A DNA stretch of 64,000 nucleotides. Origin: Selaginella moellendorffii (Eukaryota; Plantae; Lycopodiophyta). This document shows positions 23,034 to 34,825 of the stretch, in pieces; position 1 is the stretch's first letter; each line of letters starts with the position of its first letter. The translations under genes were made by a program, and so were the position numbers. The stretch spans positions 1,168,416 through 1,232,415 of the forward strand of contig NW_003314294.1 of assembly GCF_000143415.4 (NCBI RefSeq), written 5' to 3'. Below the pieces are notes generated by a model. It was not told the DNA's origin and ran no database searches. It saw nothing but the letters and a program-made list of their open reading frames with translations.

Positions 23034-26000
23034 CTAGTCTTTATTACTATTCTCATACTCCGTGATAAGCTCACAAGTATGTGTAAGATTCCTAAGACAT
23101 TCCCAAGTTGATTCACAAGTTGGGTAACCTTTCCACTTAACTAGATATTCCTTGGAACGACCACCACGAGCTTTTCGAGACAAGAGAATCGCTTCGACCT
23201 CATACTCCATGTCACCATTCACAACTTCCGGAGGGGGATAAATATCCACAAAGCGATCTGCAGCAACATGATATGGTGCCAGTAAATTGACATGAAACAT
23301 ATCATGTACATTGGACAACTCATCCGGAAGATCCAACTTATAGGATACATCACCAACTTGCTTCACCACCCGATAAGGTCCAACATATCTCGGCAATAAC
23401 TTCCAAGATAAACATCCCTTAATGTTCAAGTTCCGGGAAGATAGCCACACTTGATCTCCCACTTGATAGGATACATCCCGACGATGCTGATCCTTATCAT
23501 GTCAATACCTATCCTAAGCTTTGCCCATCACCTCAGTAGCCCTAGACCAATCTTGGCATAGCTGCTCCACATAAGTCTCAACAGTCGGGACCAACATTTC
23601 GGACATAGGTTTCGGTACAACAATCTATTAAGGAATCCCACAAGCATTCCCTTGCAGCATCTCCCATGGAGAATAGCCTATAGCGCTGTGAAATGTGTTG
23701 TTATAACATATTTCTGCTATATCCAAATGCTCAACCTAATCGTGTTGGTCCGCTGCAATATAGTACCACAGATAATCCTCAACTTGAGCATTCACGTGTT
23801 CGGTCTGCCCATTAGTCTAAGGATGATAAGCCTTACTAAATTTTAGCTTGGTACCAAACAGCTAAAACAGTGTGCCCCAAAACTTCCCCGTAAACCTCGA
23901 ATTCCTATATGAGATCATCTCTCCGGGAAGACCACAAACCCCGCTTCGCTTCATGGAAAAAGAGCTTTGCTGCTTGTTTTGCATTCACTGTTCCCACAGT
24001 TGGAATGAAGTGTGCAATTTTTGACAACCGATCCACAACCACCATCAAAGTATCATAACCCTTAGACTTCGGCAAGCAAGTGACGAAATCAAGTGTCACA
24101 CTTTGAAATGGCCATGCCGGTGCTGGAATGCACTGCAACTTTCTAGCCTGCTTCTCAGTTCTGCCCTTACATTGCTGGCATATAGGGCAAGAACGGACAT
24201 AATCCGCTACATCACCTTCCATATCAGACCAGAAAAATCCCTTTTTCAATGAAGCCAGAGTCTTTCGCTGTCCACCATGTCCCACTGCTAGAACATCATG
24301 ATGTTCAAGCAAAAACAACTGTTGTAGATCTTTAGAGGGAAGATACAATCTTTCTTGTTTCTAGAATATAAGTCCATCCCAAATCGAGAAGTGAAGCTTC
24401 ACATTGGTACGGTTATCAACTTTCACTACCTCGCTACCAGAGTTCTGCTTCGACAACTCCGCACGGCGTAAGATTGCCTTTGCCAATTAATCACTTCCAT
24501 ACGAAGCCCAAACGTCCTCCAACCAATCCGAATTGATTGCCGATATTGTCCGGAATTGAGCTTGACGACTCAATGCATCCGGAACAATATTGTCTTTACC
24601 AAGTTTATATATGATTTCAATATCATATCTAGCAAGCTTCTCTTGCCAACGAGCCTAGGCATAAGCTTAGGCTGTGTAGCAAAGTAGCTTAGTGTGTTAC
24701 TATTCGTATAAACCTTAGTATGTCCACCCAAGTAGTGTCTCTAATGTTCCAGGGCTGACACTATAGCAAACATCTCTTTCTCATGCGTTGGCCATCTTCG
24801 TTGGGTCTTATCCAATTTCTTGGAATAGAACGCAATGGGACAACCATGTTGCCTTAGCGTAACATCAACCGCTTTGTCACAATCTTGCTGTAGCATGGCA
24901 CCAATAGCATAACCAGATGCATCACAATGCACTTCGAAGGGTTTATCAAAATCTGGGATCCTAAGAACAGGAACTGTAGTTAAGATCTCCTTCAACCGTA
25001 TAAAAGCACGCTAACAAGCTGGTGTCCAGTGAAACGGAATACTACTCTTCGTCAACTTAGTCAACGGAAGAGCAATTCTTGCAAAATAGCGGACAAACTT
25101 GCAATAGTATCCCACCAAACTGAGAAAGGAACGAACATCTGATATAGTGGTCAAAACTCCCCAGGACTTCACTGCTTCCACCTTCTTTGGATCAACCTCA
25201 ATCACGCCACCACCAACTATATGTCCGAGAAAGTTTATGCGCAATTGTCCAAAAGCGCATTTACTTTCCTTCGCATACAGTTTGTGTTCACGCAACTTCT
25301 GAAACACCAGCTCCAAGTGTTTCAAATGATCCTCCAACGTTTCGCTAAAGACTAGAACATTGTCGATGTATAGGACAACAAATGTATCCAAATAATCTCC
25401 AAATATCCTATCCATTATAGTGCTGAATGTTGCCGAAGCATTGTATAACCTGAATGGCATGACAAGGAACTCATAAGATCCGTACCAAGTCTTAAAGGCT
25501 GTCTTCTCCACATCCTAATCTGCCACCCGTATCTGATGATACCCGGACAGCAAATCAAGTCGCGTAAAATACTTAGCCTTTAAGAGTTGGTCAAACAAAT
25601 TATCAATGCGAGGCAAAGGATAACTGTTTTTAACTGTGATCTTGTTGAGTGCCCGATAGTCAATACACATCCTCATAGTTCCATCCTTTTTCATAACAAA
25701 AAGGACCGGCACTCCATAAGGTGAGTTGCTTGGTCGGATATGACCTTTGTCAAGAAGTTCCGTGAGTTACTTTTTGAGTTCAGCCATCTCCTTGATATTC
25801 AACCGATATGGAGCTTTCGTAGGTGGTTTAGAACCCGGAATAACCTTAATCCGGTAATCAACCTCACGGCTAGGAGGTAGCCTTGGCGGCAAATCCTTTG
25901 GAAAGATATCCTGATTCCTCGCCAACAACTCCAATATCTTCTTTGGTACAGGATCAACCTTGTCGCCGATTTGAACTGAGTCACCAACACCCTCAACTTC

Positions 26001-27565
26001 CATCACTTGAACCCAAAAGGTCTGACATCCCCTCTTAACTGCTTTTTGAGTGGCCCTCGAAATTAGGAACTTTGCATCGAGGAACGCTTTTGCAATTGAA
26101 AGGATACATCAGGACGTCCTTCTGACTTCAACGTGATACGACTTTGTCTAGCACCATAAATCCCTTTTATATACTTGTTAAAGAAATCCATACCAAACAC
26201 TATCTAAAAATCCGGTATCTTCAACACTACCAAGTCCACTCTTTCTTTCCACTTGGATATTTTTATTGGAACATCATTCACAAACTTTCTAGCTACTTGC
26301 CCACCTTTCGCAAACCGGAAGTGCATAGGCGACATTTGCTCAGCATTCAATCCTAACAACTTAACTAAGTCTTCAGATATCACGCTGTGCGTAGCTCCCG
26401 TGTCAATCATCACTCGGATTCGGTGTCCACGGACAAAGCTTACCAAATACATCAACGAATCAATGTTTGCATTGAATGCAAGAAAAGCTTGAGGAAAGCA
26501 ATAAAAGTTACTCACCTCTTCTTCCTCATAGTTTGCATTGACCAACTCGTTGACCCCTTCAGCTTCACCACCACTGTCTTCCCTCATGACATTAACCTGA
26601 GACCTTGTCTTATGCTTGTTGGGACATTCCAAGGACATATGTCCCGACTTTCCACAATGGAAGCAATGACCCACACTACCCGTTCCGCTAGGAGCAAGTT
26701 TTGCAAGTTGCTGTTGCTTGTACCCACCAGGAGGAGGAATAGAGGGCCTAGGACCAGAAGAAGCTACTAGTGGTCTCCAACCACCACCACCTTTGTTAAC
26801 CGTTGCTTGTGAGCCTCTAGAGCGGAACCTGCCTTCCACCCTTTATTTCCGATCACCTTGTTTATTCCTAAAATTTTTATTTTTATCCGAGTTACCAGCA
26901 TACGATTGTTGATATTGTTCCATGAGCGAGTGACTAAAGGCAACTTGTTGCACTGCCTCCTTACACTCTAGGTATGTCTTTGGCTTAAACTTCAAAATCT
27001 CATTACAAGAAACTGAACTTAAACCCTCCAGGAAATAACTCTGAGCATCTTCGTCACTCATATTTGCAATCATAATGTGCTTCTGAGCAAACGCATTAAC
27101 GTAATGCATGAGATCCCCTCGTTGCTTTAACCACCATAGCTCTACGCGAAGTCTCAGACCAAGATCATCCAGCAAGTATTCCTTATGGATACGAGACCGC
27201 ATCTTGGTCCAACTTCTAGTCTGCCCTTTTTCAGCACACACCTGGCACCACCAAGTTTTGGCATGATCGGTGAGAAAAGATTGTGTGCACACAACTTTTG
27301 TACAATCATCTACGTTTGCCGTTATGAAATAATTTTCCATATCGTAGACCCAATCCTCCAAAACTTGATAGTCCCGCATGCCTCTGAAGTTGGGTGGTTT
27401 CTGAGGCTTGAACTTTGAAACTCGTGCAACCGGGGGTGGCTGTAGAGCTTCATCGTCCTTAGAACTCGAAAAGGAGTCCAATTGCTTAGGCTTAGTTGGT
27501 TTACCTGCCTCAGCTTCTTTCTTTCTCTTGTTCTCTTTCTTCAATTTGCGAATCTCCCTTTGCAA
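23034..27565 (-). pseudogene. gag-pol of the chromovirus, with premature stops
   Basis: Gag AKTWW, knuckle CFHCGKSGHMSLEC, protease MIDTGATH, RT KTAF...YEFLVMPF and YIDN, RNase H CDASGYAIGA, integrase H-H-CPIC, chromodomain YEVEAIL...YLVKWKGYP...TWE. Confidence 0.93.
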
Positions 27566-27924
27566 ATTCTCGATCTCGACTTCCTAAGCCGTACGCTGCA
27601 ACGCCACAGCATTTGGCTCTTCCTCTTCCGACTCGACCTTAGCCTCTTCTGCAGCATCTCTAGTAGGAGTTTCCTCCTCTCGATTCGCCCATCTAGAGGT
27701 TTCAGTGTCATCAGCATGGTTCCTTTTCACCATCCTGCTAGCTGCATGCATGCCTCTATCAGTAACTGAACATGCATATAATGTTCTTACCGAATGGTGC
27801 TATCCAACTAATCCTACACAGGTCGCTTCAGATCTACTAGAAAAGTCTCTGCATATGCAACTTAAGTCAGAAAATCTGACAAAAGTTGGATAGGGATCGC
27901 TGAGACAATTCGTCTGATACCAAA

Positions 27925-28858
27925 TGTAGCGAACCTGAATTTGGAGCCAAACTCCAAGCCCGTTGCGCTATGAACGAGGGTCTGGTACAATCCCACGAGC
28001 ACCAGCTCCCCGTATCCAGCACCTGCACACAAAATGGTGTCAGACAGAGTCTGGCACAATTTTGGCATACCGGTGGCCTAATGCGAGGAGGAGGGTACTC
28101 CACCGACTAGAGCAGCATGGAGCTTGGGCTTAGACTCAAGCTAGACGTAAAACAAGGAGTGACACAGCCCAGTGGGAGACCACCTAATGTCTTAAGTGGT
28201 CGGACATGCATTCCAACCATTATCCCTACTATACATTTGGAAACCCCCACAACCCCCCCCCCCCCCCCCCCCCTTGAGGGACATATGCTTTGGGCTTTCA
28301 CCCCAAGCCTCCCTTAGTACCAGGAGTTAGTCTCTGGGATAAACTCAAAACTTACTAAATATGGAATATCCTTAGATTGTGAATTTGGATGTGGGACGAA
28401 CACCATTGTGTTTAGGCCGATCTCTATATTCCGTAGATATGCCAAATGAGCGAATCTAGACACTTTCCATAAATAGCATATGGGACCGAAATAAGACCAA
28501 CACTAAAGGCATGATAGCAAAGGTGTTTGGCAGACACGGTAAACTATCATTCAGCAATATTGAGGGACTAGTCTCAATATACGGGGGTTCTTGATACTAG
28601 CAAGTGCAAGCCAATGACAGGAGTTTCTCAAACCAGGCCGAGTATGCTCAGCAAGAAACACATAGGGTTACCTTATGTCCTACCTTATGTTTATCCGATT
28701 TAAGTACACGGTCATTAACCAGTTTCTCAACTAGCTCAAGTGGGAACAATAAAGGGAACCAACTATATCGACCTTCTGCCATCATGGCAGTAACGAAAGA
28801 GTGTCCGTAAGGACTAACCAACAAATATCTTTCGATACCCGAAGTCACATTCGCAACA
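27925..28858 (-). repeat. 5' LTR of the chromovirus (934 bp)
   Basis: Starts TGTAGCG and ends CGCAACA; PBS on its internal side. Confidence 0.9.
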
Positions 28859-29110
28859 CCATGACTGCCTACCAAGATATTATAAAACATGGCATGTTAG
28901 ATATGATTAAGTAAAAAAAAAAGATGACTCTTATAGACAAAGAAACTAATTGTCTAAGGAGCCTTAAATTGTAAAATAATATTAAATAAGGGATTTAATG
29001 TACCAGATGCAAAAATAAAGGCCATAACAAAGAAAAATGCAAACTTTAATTGATCAAATGCCAATTTTGTAAGAAAAAGAGGGGCATTTAGCTAAGGAAT
29101 GTAAAATCTT
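28859..29110 (+). mobile_element. Old gypsy gag (right part) with a decayed zinc knuckle
   Basis: ~29059-29102 gives CQFCKKK(G)HLAKEC after allowing a 1-nt slip, continuing the gag cut at 14691. Confidence 0.5.
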
Positions 29111-30111
29111 GTTTAAACAACTAGAAGGTTAATAGGCAACTTGAGTTGATAAAACAACACGTACGTAAAACTATCCACTTGATGATAAAAGTTATTGTAA
29201 GAAAAATGATTACAATAATAATCGAAGTGCCAAATGTGAATACTCGCATGCTGAAAGGTAAGATGACTATTGAGATTATCTGCATATGGATAATTTTTAG
29301 ATTATCCACTTAGCCATGAAGAATATAAGCCTAAAAACTAGAATTGGCCTAGAAAATATGATCAACTAAAAGGTTACAATAAACCTAAGAAAATATAAAA
29401 GGCTAAAAGAGTATAATCAAGCTAAGACTCTTGCTTGCTATTTTAGGCCATATAATCATGTTGAATCATCAAACAAAAATGATACACTTCCTAAGGATAC
29501 AAAACCTGCAGTTAGATACATTGAGGTTAAATAGTCAAATATAGAAGATCTACCTAGCATTTGTGTCATAACCAAAGCTTAACAAAAAAGAGATAAATCT
29601 AAAACCCAAGATGAAAGGAGTGATGATGAAGTAGAAATCATCCCCAACTCTTAATAGTGCCAAAAGAAAAAGTTTAATGCAAAAATCATTTAACAACTCC
29701 AAAATTTACAACCACAAATTAATTTAAAGAATAGTTATTTTAACACAAAGTCTCATACTTTTATAAGTTGACATAAATTTACCACTAGTGTAGAAGGAAA
29801 ATCTTTAAGAATTTTGTGTGTATCCTTCTATTATGTAGATTAGTTATTCTATGTGATGCAATTAGTTATCCACTCGTATTGTAGTCTTACAAAGAGGAAG
29901 GATATACACATGGATGTCTAATATATACAATTTTAAATTTAGGGAAAAAATAAGTAAAAATAATAAAATAAAAATAAAATAATTCTTTTTAGTAACCACT
30001 AATCAATGGGAATTAAACCCGTGCCATTTGCTCTAATACCACATGTAATACACTTTATTTCTCTCCTCTTAAACCAACTGGAAAAGGGGCAATTGCTTAA
30101 TAAAAGAACTC

Positions 30112-30406
30112 TTAAATGCTTTATTTCGTTAAAGTGGAACTTTTCATTATCCCACTTATGGTGTGTGGCCACATGCCATTTTTATAACAACAATAAAAAA
30201 TTGAATTTTTAGCTTTATAATTTATAAATTAAAAACTTTTCATATGATTTTGTGTTATAATATTGTGAAATATAAAAAATAAATTAAAAAACTGATAGAA
30301 ATATTAATAAATATTAATTAAGTACTAGGAAATGGCATGTGGACACATGCTAATTAATGTCCCACTTTACTGAATAAGTTCCACTTTAACGAAATAAAGC
30401 ATTTAA
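30112..30406. mobile_element. MITE related to the 15380-22867 element
   Basis: Perfect 31-bp inverted repeat at 30112-30142 / 30376-30406 (TTAAATGCTTTATTTCGTTAAAGTGGAACTT, which may include a TTAA TSD). AT-rich core. Subterminal 22-bp palindromes at 30158 and 30332. Confidence 0.88.
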
Positions 30407-31562
30407 TGACTATTTTATTTGCATTTATCCCCCAAAGTTCTAAAAATCCACAATTACAATATATTCAAATCTTATCCCATAATCACATAAGTTACGCATT
30501 ACCTTCCAAGTTAACTTGATCAATGTGCTACTTTTCCACCCAAAAAAAACCACCTATTTCTGGTTTAAAAGAAAATGAAAAGTCAACTGAGCACTCCCAA
30601 GTAACTCACTAGTGATCATCTTACCATGATGGTCATTGCTGGTCTGTAACTCTTCAGACATGCCATTTCCTATATGGTATACATAGATGGCTCATTTGCA
30701 TGGCCTTTCCAGTCCATCGTCACCTTTAGCTGCTGTCCACAAAGCATGTAGCTATTAGAGTACACGTACAGCTTACAGTGGCTTGGAGAAGAATTGCACA
30801 TAGACTGAAGGTCTTCTGTTGATGAGTCCGAGTTGGGAAGAAGGTTTTCTGCGTCAGCCTGGGTCCTAAAGTCTTCATTGTCAGCCTCACAGATGATCAT
30901 AAAGTCCTCTTTTTTGTGAGTGGCAATGCCAGGTCTGGTGCTTGGCTGTAAGCCGACTCTTGTTCATGGGACCTTGTAAACCAGCCAAGGTTTCATAGCA
31001 TCCTGTCCAGTATCAGTGCGAATTGCATCTCTCCATCTTGGAATGCAGTTGAGTAGGCCACATCGTTCATCGCAATGAAGCGTTTCGCCTGACATCTCCA
31101 CAGCAGCAAACCTTAAGAGACGAAACAAGGGTTTGTCAAAAACTTCACTGGTCATCTGATGCATGATCTCTGTACGTAATCCACCAGTTTTTACTGGGGA
31201 TTGACAAGGCCTACATGAAGACTTCACCAGCTGGCCGCTTCTTCATTAGGTGAGAACTAGCGCTTTGGTATTGACAAACTTGCAGGTTGGTGCAAGGGTA
31301 GTGCCCAAAAGAAGTTATACAAAACTCTATAGTCGGTCGTCAAGTGAACGCAAGCGAGATCTCTTAGGTGCTCGAGATGAGCTCCCAAGCAACAAAATTT
31401 ACATCCAGTTAATATGAGATCTTGAAAGTCAAAGAGTCGGAACTTCCATTGACTACCATTGACTTTGAATGCCTGGATAGCACATCAGCAAGGATGATCT
31501 TATTATCTTCTTTAAACACAAAGCTGTTGGAACTATACTATAGCCTGGTGGGGTGTGTGTGT

Positions 31563-33731
31563 CTATTCCTCCACTTCAGCGACAATCTCCCTGATGAGCT
31601 CGGTCTTGTAGTCCTCAAAACTTCCCGGGTAGCGCCTCACGCTGCCGTCCTCCACCACCCAGATCTCGCTCTTCTCCTCCTCCTCGCACACCCTGGAGAT
31701 GAGCCGAGAGTCATGGCTGACGAGCACCACGCCGCCCGTGAACTCGTCCAAGGCATCCGCCAGCGCGTCGATGCTCTGCATGTCCAGGTGATTCGTCGGC
31801 TCGTCCAGCAGCAGAATGTGAGGCCGGGACATCGAGATGGACGTGAAAACCACCCGAGCCTTCTGTCCCCCCGAGAGCTTGACGATTGGAGTGAGATGGT
31901 TGCTGCTTGGGAGCCCGAACTTGCCCAGCTTGGCACGCACTGCCTCCTGTTTGCTCGGCCCTTCCTGCTCGGGATGAAGCCTCAGCAGGTACTGGACGGG
32001 CGTCTCGTCCATGGTGAGAAGATCCACAAAGTGCTGCGAGTACCTCCCTATTCTCAGCTTCTGGCTCCGCCTCGCCTCGCCCTGTGTCGGCTTCAAATCG
32101 CCGGCGAGAAGGTTGAGCAGCGTCGACTTGCCAGCGCCATTCGGTCCCACGATCGCCACCCTGGTTCCCATGTCTATCCCCACGTCCACTTCCTTGAGGC
32201 TGAAGTCGTCTCTGTTCGGGTAGCTGAACTGGACGTCGATGAGCTGCATGAGCGGCGGTGTGAGCTCCGTTGGCTCCGGGAAATGGAACTCTACGGTGTA
32301 GTCTCTCCACTTGCGCGGCTTCTCGACCACGGCATCGTCCTCCGCTGCTGCCCCGGCCTTCGTTTTACCTCGCGATTTGGCCTCTTTGGCTGCGGCGAAC
32401 TTGGCTCGGTCCTTCACCTTGTCAATCGCTGCCCTGTTTCCACTGCGCTTGGCTGCTTTCTCCTGCTTCTCAAACGTCTCGAACTTCTTGTTGTTTGCCG
32501 TCCTCTTCTGCTCGTACGCCTGCTCGAACGCTTCGAAATTGCCCCTGTAGACGTGGAGCTGCTCGTCATGGAGGTGAATGATATCGGTACAGACGGAGTT
32601 GAGGAAGTCTCGATCGTGAGAAACGACCACCAGCGTCTTCTTCCACCGCATCAGGTACTCTTCTAGCCAGAGCACAGCCCGCAGGTCCAAATGATTCGTA
32701 GGCTCGTCCAAAAGAAGCAGCGTCGGCTGGACGAAAAGAGCTCTCGCGAGAGAGATTCGCATTCTCCACCCACCACTGAAGGACTTCGTCGATCGGACTT
32801 GCATGTCCTTGTTAAAACCCAGCCCGGCTAGAATTTTCGAGGCGCGAGACTCGGCAGCATCTGATCCAAGACCACGTAGCTTCTCATACACAGTTGTCAG
32901 CTGCTCTTGGTGGTTGTCTCCTCCTTCGTCTTCCTCATTGTCATCCTCGAGCGAGAGCTTCTCTAAGCGCTCGGCCTCTTGCCTGAGCTTGACAAGCTCC
33001 TGGTCGGCAGCCACCACCGCCTGTATCGCAGGGGTCTCGTCTCCAACAATCTCCTGTTCCACCAGCAATATGTCGATGTTCTTCGGGACTGGAATTTGCC
33101 TCCACGCCAGGAGCTTCAAGAGCGTCGACTTTCCCTTGCCGTTTGGACCAACAAGGCCGTATCTCTTGCCGTGCGAGATCTTCACCGACGCATTCTTTAG
33201 CAGCTCCTTGCCTCGGGCAGAGACGGAGAAGTTGTCGATCGAGATATCCTTCACGTTGGCATCGGCAGCTTCTTCTCCTTCCAAGACAGCCGTCTTGGTC
33301 CCAATCACCACCGAGAACGCGTTCTGGTCGTCCTTGAGAGCTTCTTGCTTGGCAGCCATCGCGGCCATGGCCAAGACCTGCTCCTTCTTGTCCCGCTTCT
33401 TCTGATCCTTGTCCGTGACGGAGAGATTGAGAGCCCGCGCGTGCCTTGGACCGGCATCCTTTTTCACCTCGTCGCCGCTATCGACCTCGTCTTCCTCGTC
33501 GTCCGACGGCGGCAAGTCGATCCCAGCTGTGTACGAGCTCGTCGGAGGAGCTGCGGCCTTGGGCTTGCTCTTGCTCGCGGTATTCTTCTCGGAATTCTTC
33601 TCGGATTTCTTCTCAATGCTGGCGAGCAGTAGATCGGCAGCAGAGGGACCAGTACCTGATCTCACAGCGTCCTTGGATTTCGATGCCGGTGCCTTGGTCT
33701 TGCCCGCTGCCGCCTCGCCCTTCCTCACCAT
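31563..33731 (-). CDS. ABCF4: ABC-F family (GCN20-type) soluble ABC protein, intronless
   Basis: Two NBDs (GPNGKGKST / FSGGW / LLLDEPTNHLD and GPNGAGKST / LSGGQ / LLLDEPTNHLD), no TM domain, acidic and Lys-rich N-terminus. Confidence 0.95.
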   Translation of the reverse strand: MVRKGEAAAGKTKAPASKSKDAVRSGTGPSAADLLLASIEKKSEKNSEKNTASKSKPKAAAPPTSSYTAGIDLPPSDDEEDEVDSGDEVKKDAGPRHARALNLSVTDKDQKKRDKKEQVLAMAAMAAKQEALKDDQNAFSVVIGTKTAVLEGEEAADANVKDISIDNFSVSARGKELLKNASVKISHGKRYGLVGPNGKGKSTLLKLLAWRQIPVPKNIDILLVEQEIVGDETPAIQAVVAADQELVKLRQEAERLEKLSLEDDNEEDEGGDNHQEQLTTVYEKLRGLGSDAAESRASKILAGLGFNKDMQVRSTKSFSGGWRMRISLARALFVQPTLLLLDEPTNHLDLRAVLWLEEYLMRWKKTLVVVSHDRDFLNSVCTDIIHLHDEQLHVYRGNFEAFEQAYEQKRTANNKKFETFEKQEKAAKRSGNRAAIDKVKDRAKFAAAKEAKSRGKTKAGAAAEDDAVVEKPRKWRDYTVEFHFPEPTELTPPLMQLIDVQFSYPNRDDFSLKEVDVGIDMGTRVAIVGPNGAGKSTLLNLLAGDLKPTQGEARRSQKLRIGRYSQHFVDLLTMDETPVQYLLRLHPEQEGPSKQEAVRAKLGKFGLPSSNHLTPIVKLSGGQKARVVFTSISMSRPHILLLDEPTNHLDMQSIDALADALDEFTGGVVLVSHDSRLISRVCEEEEKSEIWVVEDGSVRRYPGSFEDYKTELIREIVAEVEE

Positions 33732-33741
33732 CGCGTCCCCA

Positions 33742-33750
33742 AAACCCTAA
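33742..33750. promoter_or_regulatory. Telo-box AAACCCTAA just upstream of the ABCF4 start
   Basis: Exact motif about 10 nt from the ATG; telo-boxes are typical of translation-related plant genes. Confidence 0.5.
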
Positions 33751-33996
33751 CCCTAGGGTTCCCCTTTTGCTTCGAACTTGACCTAAGAAAAAGTACCAAG
33801 GGGTAAAGGAAATGATTAGAGCATTGGAGATCCAACCAACGTTACGTTACGTACTTACCTGACCGATACTCTGTTCCAATTCGTACGGGGTTGCGCATGC
33901 GTTGGTAGCAGTCAGGCTTGATGTGGATCGATCGATAGAAATGGAGTGTTTGATCGACCGATAGCCTCCCCATTTCTAGCCTAGAGATAGAGATCC

Positions 33997-34710
33997 ATGG
34001 GGAGACGGTGTAGTAGGATCTTTTCCCAATTCTTGTGGAGTGGATTATCGGGGAGCGATCCAGCGCCCGCGAGGAAGAAGAACAAGGAGAAATTGAGGAG
34101 CAAGAGCGAGGAGGAAGGAGCGATCGCGACGAGGAAGAGGAAGCTCGTGATCAAGAGATGGTGTCGGCGATCACAGCACGAGATGATCAAGAGCTGCCAA
34201 GAGGAAATATTTCGAGAAGAAAGATCGATCCAAGGAGGACAGCGAGCTCCGGCCAACTCGGAGGAGGACGAGGATCGTGAAGAGCTTCTTGGCAGGAGAA
34301 ATCGATGCAGCCTACATTCTTCTCAATACTCGTCGTCGCCGTCCTCCTCGTCGACCTTCCGCTGCTTCGAATCGTCGGATCGATCGCCAGCATCGTCATC
34401 GTGGAGCAAGAATCTCAACATCTTGGAAGCGTCGATCAAGCCCTGGGACTGCGATGTTGCGAGAAGAAGAAGAAGATCGAGGTCACGGAGAAGAAGAGGA
34501 AGTGGAGATTATGTCCAATGCTCCGTGATTCCTGTGTTGTCAAGCAATCCCTACCGGGATTTCAAGGAATCCGTGTCCCAGATGATCACCGGGCAGCGGC
34601 AAATCGACCTGGTAGAGCTACTGGAATGCTATCTGGCGCTCAACTCTCCCGGATCCCATCGCACAATCTTCCAAGCTTTCTCGGAGACTTTTCTCTCCGG
34701 ATGGAACTAA
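33997..34710 (+). CDS. OVATE family protein
   Basis: C-terminal SSNPYRDFKESVSQMI...LVELLECYLALNS...IFQAF is the OVATE domain. Confidence 0.9.
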   Translation: MGRRCSRIFSQFLWSGLSGSDPAPARKKNKEKLRSKSEEEGAIATRKRKLVIKRWCRRSQHEMIKSCQEEIFREERSIQGGQRAPANSEEDEDREELLGRRNRCSLHSSQYSSSPSSSSTFRCFESSDRSPASSSWSKNLNILEASIKPWDCDVARRRRRSRSRRRRGSGDYVQCSVIPVLSSNPYRDFKESVSQMITGQRQIDLVELLECYLALNSPGSHRTIFQAFSETFLSGWN

Positions 34711-34825
34711 AGAAAGAGGAGAAATGCCGCCTTTGTTAGGGTTCTTGGAGAAGTTTAGGGCTTTAGCGCAGGTGAGAAGGCGCGCGCCAGTCTCTGCCTC
34801 CTCCGCATTGCGATTGCGCAAATCT

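Larger units (their letters stand above)
14692..28858 (-). mobile_element. Ty3/gypsy chromovirus LTR retrotransposon (decayed), 3' LTR split by a nested insert
   Basis: TG...CA termini. Flanks CCATA (14687-14691) and CCATG (28859-28863) are a near-perfect 5-bp TSD. A tRNA-Met-type PBS (minus strand TGGTATCAGA) lies next to 27925. Domain order is gag-PR-RT-RH-IN-chromo. Confidence 0.92.

Noticed and set aside
29816-29910. Short imperfect inverted repeat (TGTGTATCCTTC / GAAGGATATACACA)
   Set aside because: Single copy, short, no clear TSD, in AT-rich decayed DNA.
30670-31227. Two short minus-strand ORFs with coding-like composition
   Set aside because: No recognisable domain or gene structure; could be a gene fragment but cannot be supported.
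31422-32666. 414-aa plus-strand ORF
   Set aside because: Antisense shadow of GC-rich ABCF4, with no recognisable motifs.
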